NCBI GenBank assembly: GCA_965246715.1
Contig: CBDFFH010000027.1
Span: forward strand, 32,001-96,000
Length of the DNA: 64,000 nucleotides
Reading direction: 5' to 3'
From: Chamaesiphon sp.
GTDB lineage: Bacteria > Cyanobacteriota > Cyanobacteriia > Cyanobacteriales > Chamaesiphonaceae
The position numbers and the translations under genes were made by a program. The notes beneath the pieces were generated by a model. The model searched no databases, was not told the origin of the DNA, and saw only the letters and a list, made by a program, of their open reading frames with translations. The stretch's first letter is position 1. Every line of letters begins with the position of its first letter. This document shows positions 31,195 through 41,050 of this stretch, piece after piece.

Positions 31195-32877
31195 TCACTT
31201 TAGAGATCCAACATTTGCCAAATACTGATGGACGAACTGAACGCAGATCGACCCCTCACCCACCCCCGATGCTACCCGCTTGACAGAACCATGCCGGACA
31301 TCGCCCACCGCAAACACCCCAGGAATATTAGTTTCCAGCAAATAGGGATCGCGATCGAGTTTCCAACCCTTGGGGCGATGACCGCTCGATAGACTACTAC
31401 CACTGTGAAGATCGGCTCCAGTGACGATAAAACCGCGATCGTCGCACTCGATCGTCCCATGTAGCCATTCCGTGCGCGGGACGGCACCAATAAAGATAAA
31501 TAACGAGGTTGCGGGTACCATTTTCACTTCCCCTGCAACCTCAATCGCGATCGATTCCAGACTCGTTTCACCTTTAGCTTCCACCACACTCGAATGCGGC
31601 TGGACGGTAATATTCGGCGTTTCGGCAATCTGCTCGATCAGATATTGCGACATGCTTTTAGTCAGCGATTCACCCCGCACCAGCATCGTCACTTGACGGG
31701 CATATTTCGAGAAATACATCGCCGCTTGTCCGGCAGAATTAGCACCGCCAATGATATAAACCTCCTCATCCTGACAGGACATCGCTTCCGTCTGCGCCGC
31801 TCCGTAGTATACGCCCGCTCCAGTCAATCGATCGAGTCCCGGTACATCCAGCCGCCGCCATGACACGCCCAGAGCCAAAATCAGCGCGTGGCAACTAATC
31901 TCACTCCCATCTGATAAAGTAATAAAACGATAAGGATCTTCGACCCGCATTCCCGTTACCTCTTGCGGGCTGAGAATCTCCACCCCAAAGCGTCTAGCTT
32001 GAGTGACCGCACGTCGGGCCAAATCGTTGCCACTCAAACCCGCTGGAAAGCCCAGATAATTTTCAATGCGCGAACTGGTGCCTGCTTGCCCGCCAGGGGC
32101 TTCGCGTTCGACCATTACTGTCCTTAGCCCCTCCGATGCTCCATAGACCGCAGCAGCCAGTCCAGCGGGGCCACCGCCGACAATAATCAGGTCGTAGAAA
32201 GGCTTTTCGGCTTGGGTACGCAGGCCGATTTTTTCGGCAACTTGGGCGATCGAGGGTTGAATTAAGCTGTTATCATCGCTAAAGATGACCAGGGGTAGAG
32301 ACAAGCGATCGCAGTTGGCAAAGGTGGCGAGTTTTTGGGCTTCTTCGGATAGTTCGATATCCAACCACTGATAAGGGATTTGATTTCGCGCCAGGAAATC
32401 TTTCATATCGTGGGACTGGGGCGACCACCGATTGCCGATGACGCGGATGCCTTCAAAAGCTGGGCGAAAGTTGGCAAACCAATCATCAAGGAGATCGTTC
32501 AAGACTGGGAAAAGTTTTTCTTCCGGCGGGTTCCAGGGTTTGAGTAGATAGTAATCGATTTGGGTACTATTGATGGCGCGAATGGCAGCATCGGTATCGG
32601 CGTATGCTGTTAACAATACTCGCTTTGCTTCAGGAAAAATCTGTAAGGCTTGCTCTAAAAACTCGACCCCATTCATCTGCGGCATCCGCTGATCCACGAG
32701 AAATAGAGCGACGGGTTCGTTGCGGAGTTTGAGCTTTTGGGTGGCTTCAAGTGCCGCCGCGCCAGAATCGGCACGGATAATCCGATAGCGATCGCCATAT
32801 TGCTGTCGTAAGTCTCGCGCCACGGCTTGGAGCACATCAGCATCGTCATCAACGGTCAAAATGACAGGTTTAACCAT
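31195..32877 (-). CDS. Receiver domain fused to thioredoxin-reductase-like FAD oxidoreductase
   Basis: TVDDD..DQRMP..KPW; GGGPAG, IENYLGFP, GGANSA, FAVGD; CxxC replaced by YYGAA. Confidence 0.9.
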   Translation of the reverse strand: MVKPVILTVDDDADVLQAVARDLRQQYGDRYRIIRADSGAAALEATQKLKLRNEPVALFLVDQRMPQMNGVEFLEQALQIFPEAKRVLLTAYADTDAAIRAINSTQIDYYLLKPWNPPEEKLFPVLNDLLDDWFANFRPAFEGIRVIGNRWSPQSHDMKDFLARNQIPYQWLDIELSEEAQKLATFANCDRLSLPLVIFSDDNSLIQPSIAQVAEKIGLRTQAEKPFYDLIIVGGGPAGLAAAVYGASEGLRTVMVEREAPGGQAGTSSRIENYLGFPAGLSGNDLARRAVTQARRFGVEILSPQEVTGMRVEDPYRFITLSDGSEISCHALILALGVSWRRLDVPGLDRLTGAGVYYGAAQTEAMSCQDEEVYIIGGANSAGQAAMYFSKYARQVTMLVRGESLTKSMSQYLIEQIAETPNITVQPHSSVVEAKGETSLESIAIEVAGEVKMVPATSLFIFIGAVPRTEWLHGTIECDDRGFIVTGADLHSGSSLSSGHRPKGWKLDRDPYLLETNIPGVFAVGDVRHGSVKRVASGVGEGSICVQFVHQYLANVGSLK

Positions 32878-32880
32878 GTT

Positions 32881-32985
32881 GGAGATGGGTGCAGGGTGTA
32901 CTCATTGATGTTTGCTCCAAATAGATTAAGTCGATCGATTAATTGGCAATCGCAGTTGAAAGCGCGTATTCCCTGGCTCAGATTT
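32881..32985 (-). pseudogene. Scar: kinase 3' end followed by UBP-ZnF 5' end
   Basis: SEPGNTRFQLRLPINRST* (matches 20066-20120), then MSTPCTHL (matches 6301-6352). Confidence 0.8.
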
Positions 32986-32993
32986 TTGTGGGA

Positions 32994-33209
32994 TTAATGC
33001 TCTAAGCTAGTAGCTGTTGAAGATCGATCGCCCAATATCTGACGTAAATACTCGCCAATTTCGCTGCAATAGGATGAGTGGGGGGCACCTTCTAGCGACA
33101 TCTCAATAATTTCGCCTCTAACTAATTCTACTTTGCGCTCATCGAGTATCTCCATCTCAATCATCTGATGATAATCTTGGAGACTCCATTTCGCAGTAAC
33201 GATCGTCAT
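32994..33209 (-). pseudogene. Truncated Uma2 family endonuclease
   Basis: KWSLQDYHQM..VELVRGEIIEMS..H; similarity ends at a CGATCG near 33025. Confidence 0.75.
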
Positions 33210-33285
33210 CGAATCTTACCTCACGACTTGAGATAGTATAGATATTATATCATTCAGGCTGAGGAGTATTTCAAGGAGAGACTTG

Positions 33286-33915
33286 ATGCCCAAAGCGACA
33301 GACAGCATTAACCTTCGTCTAGCTTGCTTAGAAGATATCCCTGCTTTAGCCGCGCTGATTCCAGTATCTGCTAGATCGCTTCAGGCAAGCTATTACACTC
33401 CGGCGCAAATTGAAGGAGCGTTAGGAACCGTCTTTGGTGTCGATAGTCAACTGATTCAGGATGCTACTTATTTCATTGCCGAAAGCGAAAACCAGATTGT
33501 CGGTTGTGGTGGCTGGAGTAGGCGCAAAACACTTTATGGTGGAGATTCTCGTACCGTTGGCGAAGCGTCTGCCTGCGCAGAGAGGCTCCGCCAACGGGGC
33601 AAGAACATCGAGGAAGATCGGTTGCTCGATCCCAGTATCGATGCTGCCAAGATTCGGGCATTCTTTGTGCATCCAGCATGGGCACGAAGAGGAATCGGTA
33701 GCGAGATTATGCGCCGATGTGAAATGGCAGCATTAGACGCTGGATTTAAAACCATTGAGATTGTTGCTACATTAGCGGGCGAACCGCTATATCAAAGTTT
33801 CGGGTATCATTTAATCGCTCGATTTGAGATCGCGCTTCCTAATAACAACGTTCTTCCAGTCATTCGGATGTTCAAGAATTTTACGCAGGCGAACCACCCG
33901 TCGTATTTACATTAG
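33286..33915 (+). CDS. GNAT acetyltransferase with 16-aa insertion
   Basis: GCGGWS, IRAFFVHPAWARRGIG; paralog of 36298. Confidence 0.9.
   Translation: MPKATDSINLRLACLEDIPALAALIPVSARSLQASYYTPAQIEGALGTVFGVDSQLIQDATYFIAESENQIVGCGGWSRRKTLYGGDSRTVGEASACAERLRQRGKNIEEDRLLDPSIDAAKIRAFFVHPAWARRGIGSEIMRRCEMAALDAGFKTIEIVATLAGEPLYQSFGYHLIARFEIALPNNNVLPVIRMFKNFTQANHPSYLH
33547..33594. mobile_element. Two nested 24-nt small dispersed repeats
   Basis: Outer (minus) TTGGCGGAGCCTCTCGGTACGAGA interrupted by inner (plus) TTGGCGAAGCGTCTGCCTGCGCAG; removal gives GGDRGK, like GADRAK in the paralog. Confidence 0.8.
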
Positions 33916-34074
33916 ATTCCGCCGCCGTGATGACTCCTGGCAGTTTTTATCAAGAAATTATTCAAGCGGTAAAACAGTTAAATCGTCGAGTTATGCAGCC
34001 AAAGCGAGCGAAATTAGCAGTATCATTCGATCGGAAAATGGTGTCAAAATAGTGTGTGGCGCGATCGATACTCA

Positions 34075-34680
34075 TTAATCATTCATCAGACCAAAGTTCT
34101 TCGCTGATGCTAACGAAATGTCTGGCAGGTTACGCAGCATATCATCCCAAGTATTTTGTCCTTGCAAAGCTTCCACGATAATCTGAAGCGGTTCGCTAAG
34201 AATCGCTGGAAAATCTGCCTCTTCAGAAAACTGAATTTTATACGCTAACTGTTCTTGAGGTGGCGTAAACCGAGCATTAATGCCCGCTTTGTTACCTCTG
34301 GCATCAACCCGATACCAACCAATCTCAGGTAGATATATGGCATTAAAACCATGCAAAGTATAAGGCGCACCCTTGTCATCAATACTCAATCGCTGATAAC
34401 AAAATCCGGTTGGAATTAGATTAGCTCGTAGTAGTGCTGCTAGCAGATGACTCTTGGCGAAGCAATAACCTGTTCGATGCTGAAGAACATCTGACGCTCG
34501 ACAAGTCACGGGATTCATTCGATAGTCAACACTGTGACGGATCTCGTCTTTGACCCATTTAAAGCAGGCTTTGGCGATCGCGATTGGTGCCCGCTCTCCC
34601 GCTGCAATTTGTTTGGCACATGCGATGATTTCAGGATGCTGCCAATCGATAATTTCACTAACTTTCAAGTATTCTTCCAT
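34075..34680 (-). CDS. Transglutaminase-like protein
   Basis: GYCFAKSHL, HGFN, WYRVD. Confidence 0.85.
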   Translation of the reverse strand: MEEYLKVSEIIDWQHPEIIACAKQIAAGERAPIAIAKACFKWVKDEIRHSVDYRMNPVTCRASDVLQHRTGYCFAKSHLLAALLRANLIPTGFCYQRLSIDDKGAPYTLHGFNAIYLPEIGWYRVDARGNKAGINARFTPPQEQLAYKIQFSEEADFPAILSEPLQIIVEALQGQNTWDDMLRNLPDISLASAKNFGLMND

Positions 34681-34701
34681 ATCCCAAACGTGCAGACATA
34701 G

Positions 34702-36144
34702 TTAAGTTTCATCTGTTTCTTCTGGATTAGTTAGATCGTGACTAACTACAGGCAATGGTAATCGAATCAAAAAACAAGTCGCACCAGGTTTAGAGTCTAG
34801 GGATACTGTCCCGTGATGGCGATTTTCGACAATCCGCCGGACGATATCCAAACCCAGCCCAGTGCCCTGTCCTACGGGTTTGGTAGTAAAGAAGGATTCA
34901 AAGATCCGCGATTGAATTTCTGGCGGAATGCCCATGCCAGAATCTGCCACCTCGACGCGAATATAGTTACCGTCCTGCGTGGTAGTAATTTTGAGCCGAC
35001 CTTTGCCATCCATTGCATCGATCGCGTTATCGATGAGGTTCGTCCAGACCTGATTGAGTTCGCTCCCATAGGCTTCAATTTGGGGCAAGGCGCGATCGTA
35101 ACACCGCTCGACTTCAATTCCGGTCTTGAGCCGATGTGAGAAGATTTGCAGCGTATCTTCGATGCCCTGATGGACATCGACTAATTGCCGTACCCCACGA
35201 TCGAGATAGGAATATGACTTCATCGATTGTACTAGTGCCGCAATCCGTTCGGCTCCGCGCAACCCGCTGTCAATCATCGACATCACATCAAACGAGAGTG
35301 CCAGCCACCGCACGCCCAGATCTCGAAGTTCTGTCGGATCGTTCCGCCAGCGATCGGTGAGATTTGCCAAGGTTTCTACCGTCACACCCCCGATCGCTAG
35401 TGGTGCAGCTAGGTTCCAGGCATTGTCCACCCCGTAGTCTTCTAGCCACTCTAATAACTGTTCTTCCAGATCGCTGACTAGGAGCGAGTCGAGACGATCG
35501 TGCAAGATCCGATCGTAGCCCTCGTCGTGGACTCGCAGCCACTGCTGGGTGTGTGCGGCTTCGAGCTGGTGCTGCCCGTAGACTAGATTCATCCGCTGTA
35601 GCTCAAATAAGGCGGGAATGACATCTTTCAAGGCGTGGACGACAGCGGCAGCGGGATTGTTCAGTTCATGAGCCAAACCCGCCGCCAGAGTACCTAATGC
35701 TGCCATCTTCTCGCGACCGCGAATGAATGATTCGACCCCGCGCAGTCGCCGCGCCATCACGCGAAACACAGCCCGTTCAAAGTCCCGACATTCGTGGAGC
35801 AGGGTGCGAAAATCATCGCCTGCAATTTCGTAAGTCAGGCAGGGTGTGAGCGCATGTAGGGTAACGGGTACGGGTTCGTCAGTGAGGATCGGTGCTTCAC
35901 CAAAGAATTCAGGTGCGCTGTGTTGACCGATCGGGATGTCGATGCCTTCACTGATACGGGTAATCCCGATTTGACCGGAGATTAAGATAAATACGCCTCG
36001 TGCGATGGTGCCTTCTTGGACGAGGATTTCGCCAGCAGTTAGCTCGACTTTGTGGGCGCGATCGCACGCCCAATGTAGTCGTTCTGGTGGTAGGTGTTGA
36101 AATAATTCCAGCTTGGCGAGGTCTTCGATACAGAGCATTAGCAA
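34702..36144 (-). CDS. cNMP-binding-domain sensor histidine kinase
   Basis: Crp-like domain, AHELNNP, NLIDNA, GTGLGL; paralog of 20066. Confidence 0.92.
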   Translation of the reverse strand: MLMLCIEDLAKLELFQHLPPERLHWACDRAHKVELTAGEILVQEGTIARGVFILISGQIGITRISEGIDIPIGQHSAPEFFGEAPILTDEPVPVTLHALTPCLTYEIAGDDFRTLLHECRDFERAVFRVMARRLRGVESFIRGREKMAALGTLAAGLAHELNNPAAAVVHALKDVIPALFELQRMNLVYGQHQLEAAHTQQWLRVHDEGYDRILHDRLDSLLVSDLEEQLLEWLEDYGVDNAWNLAAPLAIGGVTVETLANLTDRWRNDPTELRDLGVRWLALSFDVMSMIDSGLRGAERIAALVQSMKSYSYLDRGVRQLVDVHQGIEDTLQIFSHRLKTGIEVERCYDRALPQIEAYGSELNQVWTNLIDNAIDAMDGKGRLKITTTQDGNYIRVEVADSGMGIPPEIQSRIFESFFTTKPVGQGTGLGLDIVRRIVENRHHGTVSLDSKPGATCFLIRLPLPVVSHDLTNPEETDET

Positions 36145-36297
36145 TAATCCTCAGCTTGTGGAGGTTGAGTTAAGGAAGTTTAACGCATCATCAGTTTGCG
36201 TAAAGTTCATCTCGATCGAGGGTAGTGTAGATATCCTGTTGTGACTAAAGCGGCAGAACGTTCCCAATCACCGCAAAAAGTCTTAATTAGCATCCCT

Positions 36298-36852
36298 TCA
36301 ACGATCCAAGTGAGTCTGTGCAAAACTTTTGACCATACGAACAACAGGAAGAACGCTTTCGTTGGGAAGCGAAATATCAAATTGCTGACTCACGTTATAG
36401 CCGAATCTGCGATATAACGGTTCCCCCGCCAACGTGGCAATAATCTCAATAGTCTTAAATCCAGCTTCTAATGCTGCTTCACACTGTTCCATAATCTGGC
36501 TACCAATCCCTCTTCGTGCCCACTCAGGATGAACAAAGAACGCACGAATCTTTGCCGAATCAAAGCTTGGATCGAGCAACCGATCTTCTTCCGCCTTCTT
36601 AGCCCGATCGGCTCCATAAAGCGTTTTTCGTTTACTCCAACCACCACAGCCGATAATTTGGTGCGTGTTCTCGGCTATAAAGTAAGTTCCATCCTGAATC
36701 AGTTGGCTGTCAACACCAAAAACGGTTCCCAATGCTGCTTCAATTTGTTCTGACGTGTAGTAGGTTGCTTGAAGTGTTCTAGCGGATTCTAGAATCAGAT
36801 TCGCTAAAGCAGCGATGTCTTCTTGGCGAGCTAGACGAATCTGTATGTCCAT
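36298..36852 (-). CDS. GNAT acetyltransferase
   Basis: Start MDIQIRL after AGGAGG; paralog of 33286. Confidence 0.9.
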   Translation of the reverse strand: MDIQIRLARQEDIAALANLILESARTLQATYYTSEQIEAALGTVFGVDSQLIQDGTYFIAENTHQIIGCGGWSKRKTLYGADRAKKAEEDRLLDPSFDSAKIRAFFVHPEWARRGIGSQIMEQCEAALEAGFKTIEIIATLAGEPLYRRFGYNVSQQFDISLPNESVLPVVRMVKSFAQTHLDR

Positions 36853-37064
36853 TCTACCTCCTGCATGAATAGTAAAAGAGTGGGACAGTAATCGATACAG
36901 TCGATCGAACAGAAGATCGCCCACCCGCAGGGCATTAGCAACTATCGTCTATGCCATGAGATTTTAGGTTTAGGCGATCGCGGCTAGTTTACCAATCTCG
37001 ATTTCGACATCTTTAAATATCATCACAGCGATGACACGATTAACTTCGTTGTTCATTTTCAAAC

Positions 37065-37418
37065 TTATGACTCGTATCCCAATGTTAGCAAAACTACGTC
37101 TTCCAATTGTGCAATTATTTCGGGACTTAGTTGTCCCAATGTGCGAATCAAACGAGTTTTATCTAGCACTCTTATCTGAAAACATAGGGCGACAGAATCT
37201 TGAGTGAGTCCACCATTACCTTGTTCGATTAATAAGCAGATTGGCAAGGCAGCGCGACGTTGGTTGGTAGTTAGAGGAATGGCAATAGTCGTAGTTGAGA
37301 ATTGGGAAACAAGGTTATTTTGGAAAATGATGACGGGACGAATGCCAGCTTGTTCGGAACCTTGAGTAGGATTGAGATCGGCTAGCCATATTTCACCCCG
37401 TTTCAAGGGATTAGTCAT
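37065..37418 (-). CDS. mazF: PemK/MazF family toxin
   Basis: RGEIWLADLNPTQGSEQAGIRP, IPLTT. Confidence 0.9.
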   Translation of the reverse strand: MTNPLKRGEIWLADLNPTQGSEQAGIRPVIIFQNNLVSQFSTTTIAIPLTTNQRRAALPICLLIEQGNGGLTQDSVALCFQIRVLDKTRLIRTLGQLSPEIIAQLEDVVLLTLGYES

Positions 37419-37654
37419 CGTTGGTCTTCTCGATCGAGCATTACTGCATAGTCGTTCATGCCCACTTCGGCAAACGCACGATCTTCATCAGCAAACTCCG
37501 CAAACACGTCAGCCAGTTGGATTGGATCGAGGACAACCCGATGGCGACGCTCATTGCGAAACTTCAAGAAAGCAATAAATTCAGCTACTTGCTGGAGTTG
37601 ACTGTGAGTGAGTCGATCCAAGTCCTGCTTAATGGCTTCAGTGCTTACTGGCAT
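37415..37654 (-). CDS. Putative antitoxin
   Basis: 79 aa, acidic C-terminus, ATGA overlap with the toxin. Confidence 0.7.
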   Translation of the reverse strand: MPVSTEAIKQDLDRLTHSQLQQVAEFIAFLKFRNERRHRVVLDPIQLADVFAEFADEDRAFAEVGMNDYAVMLDREDQR

Positions 37655-37801
37655 AGGAAGAAAAAACGTTCGGATTTCCCTATTATAAAAGATCGCAATC
37701 GAATTATTTGAGTCGATCGATTAAAATATCCCCCCAAGGCATTAGCAATAATGCCCACTCTACAAGGGTTATTGTGTGGTGTGCAACGGCTCTATAAATC
37801 T

Positions 37802-38641
37802 CTATTTTCGGCCCAGTATATATAAAGTAGTGAGGTCATCCCAAATTCCCTCCTGAGTTATGAGAGATTCTAGCTCTGCCTCAAATTCCGCTTTAGCTTG
37901 TGCCAACTGTGCTGATGAAAGTTGTGGTAACTCATTGCCAGATAACTTTAAGGAGGTAGACGAAGGATGCACGACGACTCCTTGCCAGGTTGCTTTTGCG
38001 TTATTTAAATCCGTGTAGCTGCCATATTGCTCTGTTTTGACTTCAACTGCCGAAAAGCCGCTATCAATAAACAAATTTTGACACTGCTCAACCGATCCAA
38101 TCCGATTGCTAGCCTCTAACGAAACGCCATATTTTGCAAACACTTTTCTTAACACAACAGCCCCAATATATGCTGTATCAGCGGGAGTATGAACACCGAT
38201 TCGACCCCCAGGCTTGAGAAATTGATGCCACAGCCGTAATGTAGCTTGCTTGTTTTCCATCCAGGGAAATGTATTCGCGCACAAAACATAATCGAAATGA
38301 TCGACCGGACAATCGAGAGCCTCGGCATCTGCAAGCTGAAACGATACATTCGTGAGTCCCAATGCTTCAACTTTGCTTTGTGCTTGCTCTAGCATTCCAG
38401 CAGAAATGTCGATTCCAATCACCTGCCCTCGATTGCCGACAATTTGGGCTGCCGCGATCGCCAGATGACCTGTGCCTGTGCCAATATCTAAAACAGTCTG
38501 CCCAGCACTAACCTGCGAATACTCCAGCAGATGATGACAAATCTGCACATGCCATTCGCTCTTATCATAGCTTTGACTTCTACGATCGTAAGATTCCGCC
38601 ACCCCTTGCTTGTACTCATTTAATTCAAGTTGCTTCACCAT
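37802..38641 (-). CDS. Class I SAM methyltransferase (UbiE-like)
   Basis: VLDIGTGTG, LKPGG. Confidence 0.9.
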   Translation of the reverse strand: MVKQLELNEYKQGVAESYDRRSQSYDKSEWHVQICHHLLEYSQVSAGQTVLDIGTGTGHLAIAAAQIVGNRGQVIGIDISAGMLEQAQSKVEALGLTNVSFQLADAEALDCPVDHFDYVLCANTFPWMENKQATLRLWHQFLKPGGRIGVHTPADTAYIGAVVLRKVFAKYGVSLEASNRIGSVEQCQNLFIDSGFSAVEVKTEQYGSYTDLNNAKATWQGVVVHPSSTSLKLSGNELPQLSSAQLAQAKAEFEAELESLITQEGIWDDLTTLYILGRK

Positions 38642-38795
38642 TGGATGTCTTTTACAACTGCAATTTAACCTAACGCCAACTCAATTTTACTCCGAGCGCA
38701 ACGGCTTTACCAGTGAGCTAGAGATTCAATTTTGGTGGCGATAGATTCGGGAGACGAGAAGATCTTGGATCGAATTGTGCTGGATTGAGATCGAA

Positions 38796-40361
38796 TTAGT
38801 TCAGTCGAGCGATCAGAATATTGCCCACCCGCAACGCATTAGCAATAATCGTCAATGTCGGATTGACAGCCGAACTGGAGGGGAAGAAACTCCCATCCAC
38901 CACATAGAGATTATCCACATCGTGAGTGCGACAATTCAAATCTAGAACTGAAGTGGTGGGATCTGTCCCAAAGGTACAGGTACCGCACTGATGCCCTACC
39001 GATGGCAGCGTCATCGTATTGCGCGGATAGATACTAAAGGGAATTATCTGCTCCGCTCGATCGACTTGTTTGAGCGTGTCAATCCAGCGTTTCGTCAACC
39101 GATCGCTTGCCGCTAAATTATTCGGCGTATAGTCGAGATAGAGCCGATCTCCAGCTACGCGCACCCGATTGGCAAGATCGGGTAAATCTTCAGTTTGCAG
39201 CCACCAGCCGACAGTGCGATCGGCAACAGTCTTGAGTTCTGCTTCTGGGCGCAGTTTGAGCAGGGGAGCTAGGAGGGCGGGGGCTTCGGCTGGTAGCATC
39301 GCGGCGAGGACATTGCCTGTATTTTGAATCAATCCCATCGGATAGGGAAAGTCGGGTTCTCCCCAATAAAAATCGCTGATACAAATGGTTTTTTGATAGA
39401 CAGCAGGATTGAGTTTAGGACTGAGTTGTACCAAGGCAGTGCAGACGTGTTTCATCAGATTGCGTCCCACTCGATCGGAACTATTTGCCAAGCCGTTGGG
39501 ATGTTTGTCATTGCTCGATCGGAGTAGTAATGCTGCTGAGTTAATTGCTCCACAAGCAACTACGATAATATCGCCTGTAAAGGTTTGCACTTCGCCGTGA
39601 ATCTCTGCTTCGACTTGGGTTACTTCGCGTCCTGAAGGACTGGTATGCAGGCGGGTGACTCTAGCTTCAGTTATCAAAGTCACATTCCTATTGTGGCGAA
39701 TTGGCTCGATACAATTGACATCGGCATCAGCTTTACCCTGTGTCAAACAGGGAAAGCCATCGCAGGTATTGCAACGAATGCAATTGCCCAAGCTTTTATC
39801 GACTTCGTTAAGTTTCAAGCCCAATGGCAGATTGAAAGGATTCAAACCCGCATTACTCAACCCATCTGCCAGCTCTTGCATCCGAGGTTCGTGACTGACT
39901 GGGGGGTGGGGATAGGGGTGAGTGCGAGCGGGTTCGGTGGGGTCGCTACCCGCTTGTCCGTGGACATCATACAGTTGTTCCGCTCGATCGTAATAAGGGG
40001 CAAAATCGGCATATTTCAGCCCCCATGCTGGCGAAATTCCATCTTTGTGGGCGACTGCTTCAAAATCCCGTTCGCGCATACGGAGCAGGGCTGCACCGTA
40101 GACTTTGGTATTACCCCCTACCCAATAGTTTGTTGCGGGACGGAAGGCGCGATCGTGTGTGTCGAACCACTGTTCTGAGGTGTGATAGCGTTCGCGTTGA
40201 TAGACTTCGAGGGCACTCCAGTTTTCTTTTTCTCTGGGGAGGAAGGTGCCGCGTTCGAGGATTAAGATCTGTTTACCGCTGGGAGCGAGGTGATGCGCTA
40301 GGGTGCCGCCGCCTGCGCCTGTGCCGATAATGATGATGTCGTAATGAGTGTTGGTAGACAT
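38796..40361 (-). CDS. GMC family oxidoreductase
   Basis: GTGAGGG, VGGNTKVYG, HQCGT, NPTLT. Confidence 0.92.
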   Translation of the reverse strand: MSTNTHYDIIIIGTGAGGGTLAHHLAPSGKQILILERGTFLPREKENWSALEVYQRERYHTSEQWFDTHDRAFRPATNYWVGGNTKVYGAALLRMRERDFEAVAHKDGISPAWGLKYADFAPYYDRAEQLYDVHGQAGSDPTEPARTHPYPHPPVSHEPRMQELADGLSNAGLNPFNLPLGLKLNEVDKSLGNCIRCNTCDGFPCLTQGKADADVNCIEPIRHNRNVTLITEARVTRLHTSPSGREVTQVEAEIHGEVQTFTGDIIVVACGAINSAALLLRSSNDKHPNGLANSSDRVGRNLMKHVCTALVQLSPKLNPAVYQKTICISDFYWGEPDFPYPMGLIQNTGNVLAAMLPAEAPALLAPLLKLRPEAELKTVADRTVGWWLQTEDLPDLANRVRVAGDRLYLDYTPNNLAASDRLTKRWIDTLKQVDRAEQIIPFSIYPRNTMTLPSVGHQCGTCTFGTDPTTSVLDLNCRTHDVDNLYVVDGSFFPSSSAVNPTLTIIANALRVGNILIARLN

Positions 40362-40519
40362 TGATTTTTCTTGGAGATTATTAGGAAATTTACTGATTCA
40401 ATCGGTGTAACGTCTCGTTTTACCGACGATAGAAACCTCTGGTACTCGGTCGGCAGTTTCTATATAGTAAGTATGCAAGTAAGTTATTACGTTGAGATCG
40501 TTTACTTCGCTTGGGTTAT

Positions 40520-41020
40520 TTACCGAGTTCTTCGCCAAATCCAGACTTCACCATCATCTGGATCGATCTTACTCCCGTCTCTAACAAACTGATTCTTCTC
40601 CAAAACTCTCCAAGATGCTGAATTCAACGGAGTCGTACAAGCCACGATCGTTTGAATCTCAACATGGGAAAATCCCTCCCTAAGCAACAGATCGACAGCT
40701 TGAGTAGCAAATCCGCGTCTCTGTTGGGAAGGCACGATTCCATATCCAATTTCAACCGAACCGTTGATATCTGGAGGACTTTTAAAACCGCACATCCCCA
40801 CAATTAATCGATCGACTACAATCAATTGAGGCGACCACCAAAAACTATTTCTGGGGTCTTTGTTTAATCGATAGTTCACAAACTCTAACAAGAAACGGGG
40901 GGCAACCTCTTCATTATTAGGTAGCAATAATCCCTCTATTTCAGATGGTTCGGGTTGCGCTAGGAGTGCGGTCAGATCATTTTCTGTGGCTTGACGAAGA
41001 ATCAACATAAAATATTGCAA
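40520..41020 (-). CDS. RimJ/RimL-type GNAT
   Basis: EIGYGI..QRRGFA, ASWRVLEK. Confidence 0.85.
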   Translation of the reverse strand: MQYFMLILRQATENDLTALLAQPEPSEIEGLLLPNNEEVAPRFLLEFVNYRLNKDPRNSFWWSPQLIVVDRLIVGMCGFKSPPDINGSVEIGYGIVPSQQRRGFATQAVDLLLREGFSHVEIQTIVACTTPLNSASWRVLEKNQFVRDGSKIDPDDGEVWIWRRTR

Positions 41021-41050
41021 GAGAGTGCTTTACTGACTAATCCGAAGCGA

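Noticed and set aside
31380..31415. Extra residues HSGSSLSS in the TrxB-like protein as another 24-nt element
   Set aside because: Lacks the TTGGC head, the hairpin and the CGATCG target.
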